Assembly: GCA_051294375.1 (NCBI GenBank)
Contig: CM119263.1
Span: forward strand, 20,894,684-20,958,683
Length of the DNA stretch: 64,000 nucleotides
Direction of reading: 5' to 3'
From: Paraspadella gotoi
Taxonomy: Eukaryota > Animalia > Chaetognatha
Shown: piece by piece, positions 61,089 to 64,000 of the stretch
Layout of the letters: each line of letters begins with the position of its first letter
Position numbering within the stretch: the stretch's first letter is position 1
Position numbers and translations under genes: made by a program
Notes under the pieces: model-generated
The model's database searches: none
What the model saw: the letters and a program-made list of their open reading frames with translations, nothing else
What the model was told of the DNA's origin: nothing

Positions 61089-62220
61089 AGATCACACCAC
61101 CGTTGCGAGGCAACGGATAACCGATATAAACCTAATAATGCGTCTCGTTTGCGGGAAAACTTTCGTTGTAAATAAAGTTCGATCGTTTTTACCTATATTT
61201 CACCNNNNNNNNNNNNNNNNNNNNNNNNNNNNNNNNNNNNNNNNNNNNNNNNNNNNNNNNNNNNNNNNNNNNNNNNNNNNNNNNNNNNNNNNNNNNNNNN
61301 NNNNNNNNNNNNNNNNNNNNNNNNNNNNNNNNNNNNNNNNNNNNNNNNNNNNNNNNNNNNNNNTTTTTTTTTTATTTTTTAAATTTTTTATTCACTTTTT
61401 TCACTTTTCTTGTGTGAATCAGTAGGGCGCGAACCCGAGTCCTTTGGATTGGGAGGAGATCTCGCTACCTCCGGCGCTACCCTATTCAGATTCGTCTAAA
61501 AACGAGTTCAGCTCTCAAGCAGCTGTCCAGCGGCTGTCCTGCTTCGCTCTCTCTCTCTCTCTCTCTCTCTGTCTGTCTCTCTCTGTACGATGTGTTGCGT
61601 GATCGTTCGTTTTTTGAAAAATTGTGATTATTTTTTTCCTTCTAAAAACTTTTATTATCGCCATTTATGCCGCGCTTTTTTCTCAATACAAAATCCCAAA
61701 TTTACAGATTTTCGTGGATTTAGTCATAATACGTTTTATGTTTGGAAATAAAGTTCGTACACTCTCTGTCTCTGTCTCTCTCTGTCTCTGTCTCTCTCTC
61801 TCTTTCTCTCTCACTCATAAACGCGTTTGTTTGTTTTATTTACGATGAATGACTCATCGCGTTAATGAATGACTATCATCGCATCAGTGAATGATTATCA
61901 TCATATCAGTGAATGATTATCATCGCATCAATAATTGGTTATTATCGCATTAATAATTGGTTATCATCGCATCAATAATTGGTTATCATTGATCATCATA
62001 TCAGTGAATGATTATCATCGCATCAATAATTGGTTATTATCGCATTAATAATTGGTTATCATCGCATCAATAATTGGTTATCATTGCTTCAATAATCAAT
62101 TCCTATGACATCAATCAATTACTATTACATCAATAATTCATTANNNNNNNNNNNNNNNNNNNNNNNNNTTCAATAACAATTCCTATGACATCATCATATT
62201 ACTTAATCATAATTCATTGA
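61089..62220 (+). mobile_element. Helentron/DINE-1-like element body (gapped)
   Basis: Shared blocks cagattcgtctaaaaacgagttcagctct, ttacgatgaatgactcatcgcg and the 22-bp minisatellite. Confidence 0.55.
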
Positions 62221-62930
62221 TGCGCATCATTCAATGTTTTTTTCTCTGATTTTCCATTTCATATCTAGGAAAAAAAGTTTAAAATTTTTAATTGAGGATC
62301 TCTACTCGAAAACTTTGCTCGATTTTAAAAAATCAGGATGTTTAGATTCTACACTAAATTTCCTTTTAGTTGTTCCTATTTTTTTCGTAGATCAACCGTA
62401 TGGAAGTGAGAAAGTAAAATTGCATACCGTTCAAGTGAAAAATGGCGGAAAAAATCGCCTTTAGTTTTCCACAATTCTTGTATTTGTATATGTTTCTATT
62501 TCAAATTGAGTTAGTTTTTTTCATATTTTTTAAATTGGATATGCCGAGATAGACAGCCCTCTCTTTGGTTCATAAAGGTGCGATTGTAGCTCTGAGAAAA
62601 GATGCAAAGTCGAAGAACGCGCAACATCAAACATCGGGGCTTGAAAAGAATTGCGCTAAAGGTGTGGAAAACATTTCACCTCGTACCTCAATTCGCTTTA
62701 CGAGAGATGCCAGATCGAATGCAGCAGTGGTCCGATGCCGAGGGAGGCATACCAATATTGAGAATGTTTTACCCATGTTTTGGATATTTTTTATTGGTAA
62801 ATGAACTTTTAAAAAAATGTTTCTAATTTTTCCTAGATAGTAATTTCTTTGATAGTGGGTTTGACTCGATTGAATCTTTTTGATTTTTTTAAAACGGTTC
62901 CATCCTTTTCGTAATAAAATAGAATTTGGT

Positions 62931-62987
<57 letters not shown>

Positions 62988-63215
62988 CGTCCATCGTTCG
63001 TCTTCTTCTTCTTTATCTCTTCTTCGATCTCCTTCGCTAATTTTTTCTTCCTTTGTTTTCTTTTGTTTTGTTTGCATCTGTAGCGCATCATTCATTCGTT
63101 TTTTTCTCTGATTTTTCCATTAATTTTCTTTGATAGTGGGGTTTGACTCGATCTTGAATCTTTTATGATTTTTTTAAAACGGTTCCATCCTTTTCGTAAT
63201 AAAATAGAATTTGGT

Positions 63216-63258
<43 letters not shown>

Positions 63259-63866
63259 CCATCGTTCGTCTTCTTCTCTTTATCTCTTCTTCGATCTCCT
63301 TCGCTAATTTTTTTCTTCCTTTTGTTTTCTTTTGTTTGTTTGCATCTGTTTCCTGCACCTGATCTCACACTGAATTCTATTTAGTCGCGCTTGGTATGTA
63401 TGAGATCAAATAGTTTTAGGAATTTACTTTTATTAAATTTGTGATTTATCTATTAAATTTATTTATTTTTATATGTAGATTTACCTAATTTTTCAGTAGA
63501 TTCTTTAGCTGTATTTCTGCTCACTTTTATAACTTCCTGAATTTCGAACACAACCCTTTTATTTTGCAATTAAAAATGTATTCATTCTTTAAAAATGATT
63601 CTTCTTTTAGAAAATATACTGTGGTGTTTATAGTAATGAGTATGAATCAAATTTGCATTGTGGTTTAATTTATTTTGCCCTAACAAAATAAGAATTATCT
63701 TTTAGACTTAGCCTATTTCTTCTCAAGACTCGCTTGTGTTGTCTCGTACAAACTTCTCTGATTCTTGTGGGATTCGCGAGCACTTTAAAAACGCATCATG
63801 GAAAGAAGAGAGCGTAGGAGGGGCTTGAAAACTGGGGGAGAGAGGGAGAAAGAGAGAAAGACAGAA

Positions 63867-63901
<35 letters not shown>

Positions 63902-63964
63902 CTGAGACTAATCTGCATATTGCATAACTCGACTGGCTCTAAACTTTTGGGAAGGGAGGCGATG

Positions 63965-64000
<36 letters not shown>

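Overview
AT-rich, (AG)n-microsatellite-dense eukaryotic DNA, most consistent with an invertebrate animal (organism not determinable), from a gap-filled and apparently indel-noisy assembly. Most of the window is transposon debris: Helentron/DINE-1-like non-autonomous elements, long-TIR and palindromic MITEs, a decayed BEL/Pao retrotransposon (~48.8-52.75 kb, minus), two Ty3/Gypsy pol fragments, a Penelope GIY-YIG C-terminal fragment, a tRNA-type SINE, a TRIM-like element and minisatellites. An apparent ~5.8-5.9 kb tandem duplication (8.7-20.45 kb) is probably an assembly artefact. Two things stand out. (1) A five-exon minus-strand gene (39795-41821, 276 aa, all GT-AG introns in consistent phase) that the ORF track does not show as a unit. 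It encodes a Cys/Pro-rich protein ending in seven tandem histone-H3-tail-like [AP]RKS motifs whose codons vary almost only synonymously. (2) Five minimal type-I hammerhead ribozyme motifs in short Penelope-derived elements, in two stem-II variants that covary; two copies are bracketed by their own inverted repeat. All calls come from reading the sequence by eye; no database searches or folding programs were run.
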